DNA of 64,000 nucleotides from an uncultured bacterium (GTDB lineage Bacteria; Babelota; Babeliae; Babelales; RVW-14): NCBI GenBank assembly GCA_903825355.1, contig CAIKAH010000021.1, positions 9,273 to 73,272 of the forward strand, read 5' to 3'. Shown piece by piece: positions 8,953 to 17,826 of this stretch (position 1 is its first letter; each line of letters starts with the position of its first letter). The notes under the pieces were generated by a model. It saw only the letters and a program-made list of their open reading frames with translations, ran no database searches and was not told where the DNA came from. The position numbers and the translations under genes were made by a program.

Positions 8953-8995
8953 AAAAGGCCAGCTAAAGCTATGGTAGCTTTAGCTGGCCTTTTAT
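8953..8995. terminator. bidirectional rho-independent terminator between convergent mnmG and 9024..9806
   Basis: 14-bp perfect stem GGCCAGCTAAAGCT / AGCTTTAGCTGGCC, flanked by AAAA on one side and TTTT on the other. Confidence 0.85.
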
Positions 8996-9023
8996 TTAAT
9001 CAAGGTTCAAAAGAGAGCAAATA

Positions 9024-9806
9024 TTATCTTGTAGGGTATGCAGTTTTAATTACATATTGGCAAGGGGTTGTTCTGTCGTAGTGTATAACTACTTTTACTT
9101 TAGTTAATCCCCTTCTTACAAGTCCGCCAGAGACGTCTTCTCCTATGGCGGTTTCAGTATCTATGGTATTTAAAGCAAGGTCTGTTTGCTTGCTTTTGAT
9201 TGGTTTGCTTATTAGCCAGGCATTAATATCATCTTTGTTTCGTTCAAGAGCAAGCTCAATAGAAGTTCTAGCGGCATCTTCAGTGTAAAATCTGCCAGTG
9301 ATTCTTGCTTGCCGAGAAGCTAAAGCGCTAAAACTAGCAAGTGCTACGTGGTCACGGTAGCAATGGCCTCCCCATTTATCAAAAGAGGGACTTTCTGCAT
9401 ATACGCTTTCTATTTCTGCAAGAATACTGCGCGGTGATTTTGCACAAGCAGAGACGGAGCTTGGGCTAGAAATCAGAGAAGTTATTCCTGCAGGGCTGGG
9501 TGTTCTGCTAGGGCTCGCTTTTGCTGCAGGGCTGGGTGCTCCTAATGTAGGAAATTCACTACTAGCCAAAAAGCTAGGAGCGCTTGAATAGTGGCGCATG
9601 CTTTTTTCAGGGGAGGTAGATAACATTGGCTCACTAATTCTATGAGGCCTTGAAGTATGGCGTGGCGGCATGCCTGCTCCTACAGCAGTCAAATCTAAGG
9701 GCTCGGGTTTTCGGTGATGTAGTTTTTTGCCTGCCGCGTTTACTTCATTAACTGTCTGTAATCCTGCAAAAACGGTAAGAAGAAAAATTATACGTGTATT
9801 CATCAT
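9024..9806 (-). CDS. secreted protein: signal peptide + Ser/Pro-rich linker + C-terminal toxin-like (GGH...TAYP) domain
   Basis: ORF 9024..9815. GGAGG sits just upstream of ATG ATG at 9806/9803, giving MMNTRIIFLLTVFAGLQTVNEVNA-AG. Residues ~30-135 are S/P-rich with SP/TP motifs. The C-terminus is WGGHCYRDHV...FYTEDAARTSIELALERNKDDINAWL...IGEDV...VKVVIHYDRTTPCQYVIKTAYP. Confidence 0.7.
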   Translation of the reverse strand: MMNTRIIFLLTVFAGLQTVNEVNAAGKKLHHRKPEPLDLTAVGAGMPPRHTSRPHRISEPMLSTSPEKSMRHYSSAPSFLASSEFPTLGAPSPAAKASPSRTPSPAGITSLISSPSSVSACAKSPRSILAEIESVYAESPSFDKWGGHCYRDHVALASFSALASRQARITGRFYTEDAARTSIELALERNKDDINAWLISKPIKSKQTDLALNTIDTETAIGEDVSGGLVRRGLTKVKVVIHYDRTTPCQYVIKTAYPTR

Positions 9807-10119
9807 AACCTCCATGGTAAATAGTTTTCAATAGAAAACATTATTAATACCAATATAAATATTAATTACAGTGTGTCAATATTAAATAGTAATCAGGTAG
9901 AAAATTGCTGAAAAAGCGCAAAAATACCCTTTGCCACCTAAAAAATGCCCTTTTTGTATAAATTCAGGGAGAAGAGGGGGTAAAAAATTATTTGCGTCAG
10001 GGTCTGTACCTCTAACTTGGAAGGGATTTTGGGCTAAGATTAGGCCCTTTCCAATAGAATCATTTTTAGGTAGAATGGAGACGAGTCAATATCTCCTATC
10101 TTTTTTTCGATTGTGATTT

Positions 10120-11532
10120 ATGTCTGAGCAGCAAATCAAAGCATCGGTACAAGAGCATTTGTACCCAGAAGGTTTTTCTGTCCCTGAAAATTATGAGTTT
10201 AAAGCTGAGTTAGGCTTGAACGAAGAAATTGTTTGTGATATTTCTGCACGCAAAAATGAGCCATTATGGGTGCTTGAACTTCGTCTTAAAGGGTTAGAAA
10301 ATTTTATGCAGCGTCCTATGCAAAAATGGGGTCCTGATTTGGCTCAGCTTGATCATAATGATATTCATTATTACATCAAACCGGCAAAGCAGCAGTTTGA
10401 AAACTGGTCAGAAGTTCCCTCTGAAATTAAAAATACGTTTGATCGCTTAGGCGTCCCTGAAGATGAAAAAAAACATCTGGCGGGTTTGGGTGCTCAGTAC
10501 GAATCAGAGGTTGTCTATCACAATCTTAAAAAAGAGTGGGTTGATCAAGGGGTTATTTTCTTAGATACCGATTCAGGGCTGAGGGAGTATCCAGAGCTAT
10601 TTCAAAAATACTTTGGTACTATTATTCCCTTCAATGATAACAAATTTGCTGCCCTTAATACTGCAGTGTGGAGTGGTGGCAGTTTTATTTATGTTCCTAA
10701 GGGCGTTCATGTTACCGCTCCTTTACAAACTTATTTCCGTATTAACGCCGAAAAAATGGGCCAATTTGAACGTACGTTAATTATTGCCGACGAAGGTAGT
10801 AGTGTAACGTATATCGAAGGATGCACAGCGCCAAGCTATAAAGCTAGCTCGTTACATAGCGCCGTAGTTGAAATTGTTGCACTCCCTGGTGCACGCGTTC
10901 GTTACTACACCATTCAAAATTGGTCACGCAATGTCTACAATTTGGTAACCAAGCGTGCCTTTGCGTACAAAGATGCAGTTGTCGAATGGATTGATGCAAA
11001 TCTGGGTAGTGGCGTTACAATGAAATATCCAGCAGTGGTGCTTAAAGAAGAAGGTGCTCGCGCTGAAATTCTTTCTATTGCTATGGCAAGTACTCCTGGC
11101 CAAATACAAGATTCTGGTGGCAAAGCAATCCACGAAGCGCCTAATACCCATTCACGTATTATTTCAAAATCAATCAGTGGCAATGGTGGTCGTGGTAGTT
11201 ATCGTGGGGTGGTCAAAGTGGCAGCTGGTGCTGAGCAGTGTAAATCGTATGTCCAGTGTGATGCTCTCATCTTAGATGATAAATCCCGTTCAGATACCTA
11301 CCCGTACATCGATATTAACGAAAGTAATGTGGACATCGGGCATGAGGCTTCAGTCAGCCGTATTGGCGATGATCAGTTATTTTATCTGATGAGCCGTGGG
11401 CTTGATCAAAATGCTGCGCGTACCATGATTGTTAATGGCTTCATTGAGCCATTTGTAAAGCAGCTCCCAATGGAATTTGCCGTTGAAATGAATCGTTTGA
11501 TTGAGCTTGAGATGGAAGGGAGTGTTGGATGA
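10120..11532 (+). CDS. sufB: Fe-S cluster assembly scaffold protein SufB
   Basis: 470 aa. Typical SufB blocks are present ([72 protein letters not shown]). Confidence 0.95.
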   Translation: MSEQQIKASVQEHLYPEGFSVPENYEFKAELGLNEEIVCDISARKNEPLWVLELRLKGLENFMQRPMQKWGPDLAQLDHNDIHYYIKPAKQQFENWSEVPSEIKNTFDRLGVPEDEKKHLAGLGAQYESEVVYHNLKKEWVDQGVIFLDTDSGLREYPELFQKYFGTIIPFNDNKFAALNTAVWSGGSFIYVPKGVHVTAPLQTYFRINAEKMGQFERTLIIADEGSSVTYIEGCTAPSYKASSLHSAVVEIVALPGARVRYYTIQNWSRNVYNLVTKRAFAYKDAVVEWIDANLGSGVTMKYPAVVLKEEGARAEILSIAMASTPGQIQDSGGKAIHEAPNTHSRIISKSISGNGGRGSYRGVVKVAAGAEQCKSYVQCDALILDDKSRSDTYPYIDINESNVDIGHEASVSRIGDDQLFYLMSRGLDQNAARTMIVNGFIEPFVKQLPMEFAVEMNRLIELEMEGSVG

Positions 11533-12236
11533 ACCCTATTACCCTTAGCTATACAGTCAATAATGATATTTTGCTTAGCACTGCGTTGCAGGACCGTCTG
11601 GTTGATAACCAGCTACCGACTACACTATCTATTGTTATTGAAGTTGCTCCCAATATCTCAGTGAATTTAATTGATGATCTTACGCGTGCTGATAGTAGTG
11701 CAGGTATTGTCCGCCACTCGATAACGATTAATGCACAGGAAAATAGCCTAGTTACTTACAAACTGCGCTTAGTAGAGTCATTGCCTTCTCTCCCTGCGGC
11801 GGTTGTTGAAAAGCGCCTTTCTGCTGTGCTCTTGGGAAAAGGTGCGCGTGTTGATATGAATGCTGCTTGCCTTACCAAACATACACAACGAATTACCTTT
11901 CATACGTTGCAAGATCACGTCATTGGTGACAGTACTAGCAATGTAATGATCAAGGCCATTTGCGATGATGCTTCTCGTTTGACTTGCAACAGTCTTATTC
12001 GTATTCATCCAGGCGCACAAGGATCGAACGCTGAACAAGCCAATAAAAATATTCTTCTCAGCAAGCAAGCGCGTGCTGTTTCGGTTCCACAACTTGAAAT
12101 TGAAGCAAATGACGTGCGCTGCAAGCATGGTGCTGCTGTTAGCACCTTGAGTAATGAACATCTGTTTTACTTGCAAAGTCGCGGCCTTTCTGTCGATACT
12201 GCTAAAGAAATGTTGCTGGATGGCTTTTTGCAGTAG
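11529..12236 (+). CDS. sufD: short SufD-like Fe-S assembly protein
   Basis: 235 aa. ATGA overlap with the sufB stop. C-terminal SufB/D signature [49 protein letters not shown]. Only about half the length I recall for E. coli SufD. Confidence 0.8.
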   Translation: MNPITLSYTVNNDILLSTALQDRLVDNQLPTTLSIVIEVAPNISVNLIDDLTRADSSAGIVRHSITINAQENSLVTYKLRLVESLPSLPAAVVEKRLSAVLLGKGARVDMNAACLTKHTQRITFHTLQDHVIGDSTSNVMIKAICDDASRLTCNSLIRIHPGAQGSNAEQANKNILLSKQARAVSVPQLEIEANDVRCKHGAAVSTLSNEHLFYLQSRGLSVDTAKEMLLDGFLQ

Positions 12237-12358
12237 ATGCTTGTGGCTACATTCTGATAAATAGGTCTTTTTTGTTTGCCTCTGTACACAATTGTTCCGA
12301 TTTAGCTATACTACCAGCGACATGACAGTTTAATGTGGCTTAGCTGGGGGGCAAAGCG

Positions 12359-13222
12359 ATGGTACCGGTTTGTTATCTTATTACCCTTATTCTTGTGGTC
12401 AGACTGTTTAGTACACCCCTCTGGGGCGCTAGTTCAATTAAAACCGTAGACACATTTGATGCACTTGCTGCTAGAACTAATGCCATTGATGCCGATACTT
12501 TGGTACTGCTAGACTTTGCAAAAGTCATGTGTACTCATAAAGATCCATGGATGCGTGGGTATAAAAAAGAGCGGCATGCGACTAATTCTATGAAATCGTT
12601 TAGTAAGCGGACGTCGGCGGTCGCTCAATCGCTTAGTCCTAAGAAACACAAACAGTTGCTGGCAACATTTTACCAGGCTCGCCAATATCAGTTGGTAGAT
12701 AAAACACTTCCTTCTACTATTGCAAAATTGCAAAAAAAAGGGGCAAAAATAATAGCTCTGACCTCATTTAAAGCAAGTGATAATCATGCTATTAAGCACC
12801 AACGTTATAATGCTCTAAGGGAGCATGGCATAGATTTTAGCAAAGCGTTTCCTCGCCATAAAGATCTTACACTTACGATGCTACAGCAAAATGGTAAAAG
12901 CCCTACCTTTAGCAGAGGTATTTTATCCAATGCTGGCGTATTTTCTAAGGGCGATGTTTTGCGGGCATTTTTTGATGAAATCAAATGGCAGCCTAAACGG
13001 GTTATTTTTTATGATGACCGGCTAGATAATATTGAGTCGGTGCAGCGAGCGCTTCAGCCACTAAATATTGCATTTGAGGGTTTTGTATACACTGGCGTAA
13101 AGCAGTTGCCAGCGCATTTTGACCCAGATGTTGCGGCATATCAAGTGCAGCACTTGGTTGAGCGAGAGCAATGGATGCACGGTGCCATGGCCAAGAAAAT
13201 GCTTGGACAGAAAAAAAAGTAG
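12359..13222 (+). CDS. secreted HAD-superfamily-like protein (DUF2608-like) with degenerate motif I
   Basis: 287 aa. Signal peptide MVPVCYLITLILVVRLFSTPLWGA. LVLLDFAKVM occupies the position of HAD motif I (DxDxT), and VIFYDDRLDNIESV resembles HAD motif IV. Family name is from memory. Confidence 0.5.
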   Translation: MVPVCYLITLILVVRLFSTPLWGASSIKTVDTFDALAARTNAIDADTLVLLDFAKVMCTHKDPWMRGYKKERHATNSMKSFSKRTSAVAQSLSPKKHKQLLATFYQARQYQLVDKTLPSTIAKLQKKGAKIIALTSFKASDNHAIKHQRYNALREHGIDFSKAFPRHKDLTLTMLQQNGKSPTFSRGILSNAGVFSKGDVLRAFFDEIKWQPKRVIFYDDRLDNIESVQRALQPLNIAFEGFVYTGVKQLPAHFDPDVAAYQVQHLVEREQWMHGAMAKKMLGQKKK

Positions 13223-13274
13223 CATTGCACTTTCTTTTTATTGTGAATACTTTTCGTCATACAAAAGGAGCACT

Positions 13275-14000
13275 ATGCATTTTTCTTTGTGTAAAAAATT
13301 TGGAATGTCTTTATTTACTGTGCTGTTGCTCGTAGTTACTGCACAGGCAGATGTAAAATCTGCTGTACAACAAGCTACAGCAGCGTATGTAAAAGCGCAC
13401 AAAAAAAATAATAATGCGCCGGATGACCTGGTAAATGTTGCCCAAGCCATTCCGTCTATAATACTAGACATCAAATACGCTACTAATAATAATTTTACTG
13501 GTAAGGTAGTTTATACGCAGTCAGTGTGCTACCTTCGGCGTAGGGTAGTAGAAGCGCTTGAGCAGGTGCAGCAAGAGCTCGGCAAAGAGGGACTTGGCCT
13601 TAAAATATGGGATGGATACCGCCCATATACGGTACAACAAAAGTTCTGGAATTTAGTGCCGGATCCTCGTTACGTTGGTGACCCTGCAAAAGGCTCTAAG
13701 CATAACCGTGGCGCAGCAGTTGATCTAACCATTATTTCACTAAAAACGGCAAAAGAACTGGCAATGCCATCAGCGTTTGATGATTTTTCAGAAAAAGCGC
13801 ATCGCAATTATACTATCATGACGCCCGAAGCAGCCAAAAATTGTAGGCGTTTGGAAGATGCCATGACTAAGTATGGGTTTGTTGGCTTGCCAACTGAGTG
13901 GTGGCATTTTGATTATATTGGTGAACAAGCAGCTTCGCCACGCTGGCAACAGTTTGCCTTGTTGAACGTTTCATTTGAAGAACTTGCAAAAATGCAGTAA
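13275..14000 (+). CDS. exported D-alanyl-D-alanine dipeptidase (VanX/DdpX, peptidase M15D)
   Basis: ORF 13119..14000. The internal ATG at 13275 (AAAGGAG upstream) avoids overlap with the previous gene and gives signal peptide MHFSLCKKFGMSLFTVLLLVVTAQA-DV. Motifs GYRPYTVQQKFW, SKHNRGAAVDLT, EWWHFDY. Confidence 0.85.
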   Translation: MHFSLCKKFGMSLFTVLLLVVTAQADVKSAVQQATAAYVKAHKKNNNAPDDLVNVAQAIPSIILDIKYATNNNFTGKVVYTQSVCYLRRRVVEALEQVQQELGKEGLGLKIWDGYRPYTVQQKFWNLVPDPRYVGDPAKGSKHNRGAAVDLTIISLKTAKELAMPSAFDDFSEKAHRNYTIMTPEAAKNCRRLEDAMTKYGFVGLPTEWWHFDYIGEQAASPRWQQFALLNVSFEELAKMQ

Positions 14001-14085
14001 CAGTAGATGTATTTGATCTTATTGACTTTATCTGTTACCATTACCGCTATTTTTATATTTTCTTATATTTCACCGAGGAAATTAC

Positions 14086-15063
14086 ATGAAAACATATTTT
14101 TCAACATTATTTTTGAGCATTGTGCTGTTAGTTGGGGGCGCTAAGCAAGAGTTGATAGCAGCAGCGTCTTCATCTTCAAGTTCTGTCGATGATCTAGCAG
14201 GCCTGATGAATGGTCTGACGATGCAAATCAGAGAGGTGCCTGAAGGGGATCTAGTGTCTTTGGAGGATTTGTGTGCACAGGTTGAGCCGATCCTGGGGGC
14301 ATTTGATCTACAGCTAAGAACAGAACGCGCTTCCCTAGCAGAAAAAACTTTTCAAGAACTGTTGAATGATAGAGTAGAGCATCCTGATGCCGAGGAATTT
14401 GCCGGGGAGATGCAAATAGTATCAATTAGCAAAGAATTGGTAGCAAAATTGAAAGCACTTATTGATCGTGATGCGGGCTGGATTGCTACGGGCAAGGTTG
14501 CTATAGTGTTGAAGCAAGTAGCAGGCTTAATTATTCTTTCCTGTCAGCATCTGCATAGCGTGTGGCAAACATGTGCAACTGCATATCCAGAAGAATCAGC
14601 AGCAGTGGCTGAAAATGGCTGTTTATTTCGTGGTGTATTTCATCGGCTAGAGGGTTATTGTAAAGAGATCCAAAGTGTCGACGTAATTACTGCAGAGCAC
14701 TTAATCAACCTGCGCGGGGTGATTCCTGATGAAAGCATTATGTCAGCTATGCAAATGCGCACTCCTGCATTTCTGGGCGCTGTTTGTGCCTTAATGCGTA
14801 GAATGGCAACAGATGAAGCTGTTAATCAGGTTATACGTTCATCTCTAATGGCACAACTACTTACAATGGAACAAGAACTTAATGCAATTATTACAAGTTC
14901 TCGCGCTCCAAGCATACGCAGGGATACGGAGGAAGCATTTCCTAGTACCTCTTCTGCGAGAAGACGCTCACGTTCTCGTTCTAGATCACGTGATAGAGAT
15001 GCCGCAGATGATCGTGATCGTGATAGAGTTCGTCGCAAAGAACATTCATCTCGATTTTGCTAA
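14086..15063 (+). CDS. secreted hypothetical protein, tandem family B member 1, with Arg/Ser-Arg/Asp C-terminal tail
   Basis: 325 aa. Signal peptide MKTYFSTLFLSIVLLVGGAKQELIAA. Core motif SCQHLHSVWQTCATAYPEE. Tail SSARRRSRSRSRSRDRDAADDRDRDRVRRKEH. Confidence 0.7.
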   Translation: MKTYFSTLFLSIVLLVGGAKQELIAAASSSSSSVDDLAGLMNGLTMQIREVPEGDLVSLEDLCAQVEPILGAFDLQLRTERASLAEKTFQELLNDRVEHPDAEEFAGEMQIVSISKELVAKLKALIDRDAGWIATGKVAIVLKQVAGLIILSCQHLHSVWQTCATAYPEESAAVAENGCLFRGVFHRLEGYCKEIQSVDVITAEHLINLRGVIPDESIMSAMQMRTPAFLGAVCALMRRMATDEAVNQVIRSSLMAQLLTMEQELNAIITSSRAPSIRRDTEEAFPSTSSARRRSRSRSRSRDRDAADDRDRDRVRRKEHSSRFC

Positions 15064-15067
15064 ATAA

Positions 15068-15105
15068 AGAAAAAGCCCTGATGCAAGTCAGGGCTTTTTC
15101 TTTAT
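15068..15105 (+). terminator. rho-independent terminator
   Basis: AAAAAGCCCTGA-tgcaag-TCAGGGCTTTTTC. Confidence 0.85.
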
Positions 15106-15184
15106 TTAGCATTGTCCCCTAACACCTTCTCTGGTAAGGTGATTGTATGCTTCATACATAATGAATCTTATAATAAAGGACCTC

Positions 15185-16102
15185 ATGCAAAATTGGTGCT
15201 TAAAATTAATTATGCTCTTGTTAGCTTTTGGCGTAATAGCGATTGGCTGTAAAGCTGCTACTATTGCTGAAATTACGGAGTATAGCACACAGTACATGGA
15301 TAGCTTGCAAGAACAATTACAAGCCCTACAAAGCAAAAGCGTAGAAGAATTCGAGGCTTTTTGTTTAGAAACCAATGGTCAACTTGCCCATACTGTTTGG
15401 TTATTGCATGCGCGAAATGCTCAATTAAAGCTGTTAGATTTTGAGGGAATTTGTAAGGGGTCCAGTAATACCGTAAGTAACGGGCTGCAGATGTTTTATG
15501 AAGAGCTTAATTTTTTTAATTTTGATTTAGTGCGAGCGTTATGCAAAAAAATGACGGTTGTTGGCCCTGGTGTTGCTGTCTTTGTAAAAAATATGGCACA
15601 AGCCTATCTGGCAACCTGTGGTATGATAGGAATGGTATGGGGTGCATTAGTAAAAGCATATCCTGAAGAAACAAAAGAGTTAGCATTTTTTGATATTGGG
15701 TGTGCAGATCGTTTTAAAGCTGTTAAAAAGTATTTACGCAAAATTGCTAGAGTTAAAGATGAAAAATTAATATGTTGCATGCAAGAAAGTGAAGATGCCA
15801 TCCCGCTGATGGTTCCAGAAACTACAGATCGTTTGTGTAAGTGTTTTGTGCAGCAGCCTGCTTTTTTGCCAGCCTATAAGCAGTTGCTGGAAAGAATACT
15901 AAATGACAAACAGGTGCCTAGAGAAGCCATAGATGCAGTTAAAAGTGCAATCAATAATTATGATCAATTAATCGCAGCATTTTCCGAGGGTCGTGAAGAG
16001 GCAGCAGCGTTATCAGTAGGTGATTCTGGGGCAATTGAAACCCATAATAACACCAGGTCTGGTTATTACCATAGTCCGTTTGGTTATTCAGTACGTTTGT
16101 AG
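15185..16102 (+). CDS. secreted hypothetical protein, family B member 2
   Basis: ORF 15143..16102. ATG at 15185 gives MQNWCLKLIMLLLAFGVIAIGCKA. Core motif TCGMIGMVWGALVKAYPEE aligns with member 1, and EEFEAFCLE aligns with member 3. Confidence 0.65.
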   Translation: MQNWCLKLIMLLLAFGVIAIGCKAATIAEITEYSTQYMDSLQEQLQALQSKSVEEFEAFCLETNGQLAHTVWLLHARNAQLKLLDFEGICKGSSNTVSNGLQMFYEELNFFNFDLVRALCKKMTVVGPGVAVFVKNMAQAYLATCGMIGMVWGALVKAYPEETKELAFFDIGCADRFKAVKKYLRKIARVKDEKLICCMQESEDAIPLMVPETTDRLCKCFVQQPAFLPAYKQLLERILNDKQVPREAIDAVKSAINNYDQLIAAFSEGREEAAALSVGDSGAIETHNNTRSGYYHSPFGYSVRL

Positions 16103-16146
16103 GTAAGTATATGTATCTAATCGCATGTGGAAGAAAGGACGCTAGC

Positions 16147-16887
16147 ATGTCTCATACGCTATTTAAAATGGTAGTCATCGCGGTATTACACCTCGTGTTG
16201 GCTACTCCCATGGCTCATGCAGTACCAGAGTTGCCACAAGAGGCCTTAGAAGCATTTTGTAGAGAAGGTGTAGAGGCTTTACAGTATAGTGTTGATAAAG
16301 ATACAGCTGCTTATGCGCCAGAAGAAGGGCTATCTGATGTAGGGGTATTGCAGGCTTTCTATTCACCTGACTGGATTGATCGTGTAAGTGATTTTGCAAA
16401 AAAACATATGGCTTTTAGGGGTTTAGTTGCTGCTTGTTCAAATGGATTAATATTTTACGCAGATGGAGAGGTAGGAAGATTTTTTTTCTTGCTTATCACT
16501 GAAAGTATTCTTTTTATCTACCTAACCAAACGATTATTAGAAGCACAAATGCGCTATTTTCCTCGGGAGGCTGAGGAATGGACAGTGGCTGATGGCTGGC
16601 GTGAAACCTGGGAGCCACTAAGTGCAGTATGCCAAACTTTTCGTGCTGGCTTGCAGATAAGCGATAGATGGGTTGCTGCAGAAATGAAAAAAATGTGTGA
16701 ACAAACGGTGGTACTGGGTAGTGTTGGGCCTGCTTTGTCAGGACAAAAAGATGCTAGTAGAGCAGCGTTAATGGTATTGCTGAACGCCATTAAAGAGTCT
16801 GACGTTGCAACTGATGAAATGAAACAAGCTATTAATGAGCGGCTAGAAGCAGTTGCTTGGTTTCAAGAGCAGGCTGAGGCTGCCTAG
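16147..16887 (+). CDS. secreted hypothetical protein, family B member 3
   Basis: ORF 16111..16887. ATG at 16147 (AAAGGA upstream) gives MSHTLFKMVVIAVLHLVLATPMAHA-VP. EALEAFCRE and MKQAINERLEAVAWF match EEFEAFCLE and VKSAINNYDQLIAAF of member 2. Confidence 0.6.
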   Translation: MSHTLFKMVVIAVLHLVLATPMAHAVPELPQEALEAFCREGVEALQYSVDKDTAAYAPEEGLSDVGVLQAFYSPDWIDRVSDFAKKHMAFRGLVAACSNGLIFYADGEVGRFFFLLITESILFIYLTKRLLEAQMRYFPREAEEWTVADGWRETWEPLSAVCQTFRAGLQISDRWVAAEMKKMCEQTVVLGSVGPALSGQKDASRAALMVLLNAIKESDVATDEMKQAINERLEAVAWFQEQAEAA

Positions 16888-16992
16888 CTTAGAGCACGGA
16901 AAACTAATCGTTATATGTTGGAGGGTATATGTTTTCCTCCGTGCAAGCATTGCCCTATTGAAGGGCGATTAAATTATAAGGATTATCTCAAG

Positions 16993-17748
16993 GTGAAAAA
17001 GCTGGCGCTGATTATGCTATTTGGGTTTGGTATACCGTATGTGCAGGGTGCAACCGTTTGTGATTCTGGCGATACTGCGACTTTTGCAGATTATAGTAAA
17101 GTAATCAGAGTGTTTAACATATTTTGTAGTATTGTTCTTGATCAGGTAGAAAAAGCTACTCTTGAACAGGAAAAATTTGATAGCGAGGCTGCCAGCTCTA
17201 TAGACTTATTAAACCACATAACCAAGGATATCTCAGATCTTCACCGTAACTTTGATGATGCTAAAACATTTCTTGATTTAATACCTGATTATATTGAGTT
17301 TTCAAGCGATACGGTTATAGCTCAGCTTTTTTTGTTAAGGATGCGCTTTGCGGTTTGCCAACTAAAACAAGATAGGGCACTGTGGCAAGCGTTACAACGG
17401 AACATACCTTTTGATGGAACAGTGGTTTTCCCGCGTCTAGATATTTCGCAGCAGCAAGAATTTTTAGCACGGCCAACCATTTCTATACGGGATATGAAGT
17501 ATTTCTGGGGTGATGCTGAGCGGGACGGGACATTGCCTTCCTTTGGCTGGAGTGAAGAGGTAGTGGTTAAATGGCGGCTTTCAGTATGGAAAAAAGTCTC
17601 TCAATCTAATTTGTTGAGTCCCCATGCATCCCTGATAATTAAACAGCGCATTACAGAGTGCGATCAAATTCTGGCTTATTTGCAGATGAGCCCTAGGGCC
17701 ATAGATACTCTTACACTAATGGCTAGAAGATTATTGCATAATGAATGA
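16993..17748 (+). CDS. secreted hypothetical protein, possible family B member 4
   Basis: ORF 16915..17748. In-frame GTG at 16993 gives VKKLALIMLFGFGIPYVQG-AT. Helical and Cys-containing like members 1-3, but similarity is weak. Confidence 0.5.
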   Translation: MKKLALIMLFGFGIPYVQGATVCDSGDTATFADYSKVIRVFNIFCSIVLDQVEKATLEQEKFDSEAASSIDLLNHITKDISDLHRNFDDAKTFLDLIPDYIEFSSDTVIAQLFLLRMRFAVCQLKQDRALWQALQRNIPFDGTVVFPRLDISQQQEFLARPTISIRDMKYFWGDAERDGTLPSFGWSEEVVVKWRLSVWKKVSQSNLLSPHASLIIKQRITECDQILAYLQMSPRAIDTLTLMARRLLHNE

Positions 17749-17826
17749 TGGCAATCGTTCTTGCAGTGTTGAAAGCCCAGAAATGCGTGATCGTATTAGA
17801 GCTTTGGTAAATAAATTGGTAGTACG

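Noticed and set aside
9885-9895. Fur-box-like AATAGTAATCA (9/11 to the AATGATAATCA core) in the divergent region upstream of sufB
   Set aside because: This is only a partial half-site in a very AT-rich spacer, about 225 bp from the sufB start. The match is too weak to call without a genome-wide motif model.
9931-10116. 61-aa ORF upstream of sufB
   Set aside because: It lies in an AT-rich divergent promoter region, has no RBS and has an odd composition. It is most likely non-coding.
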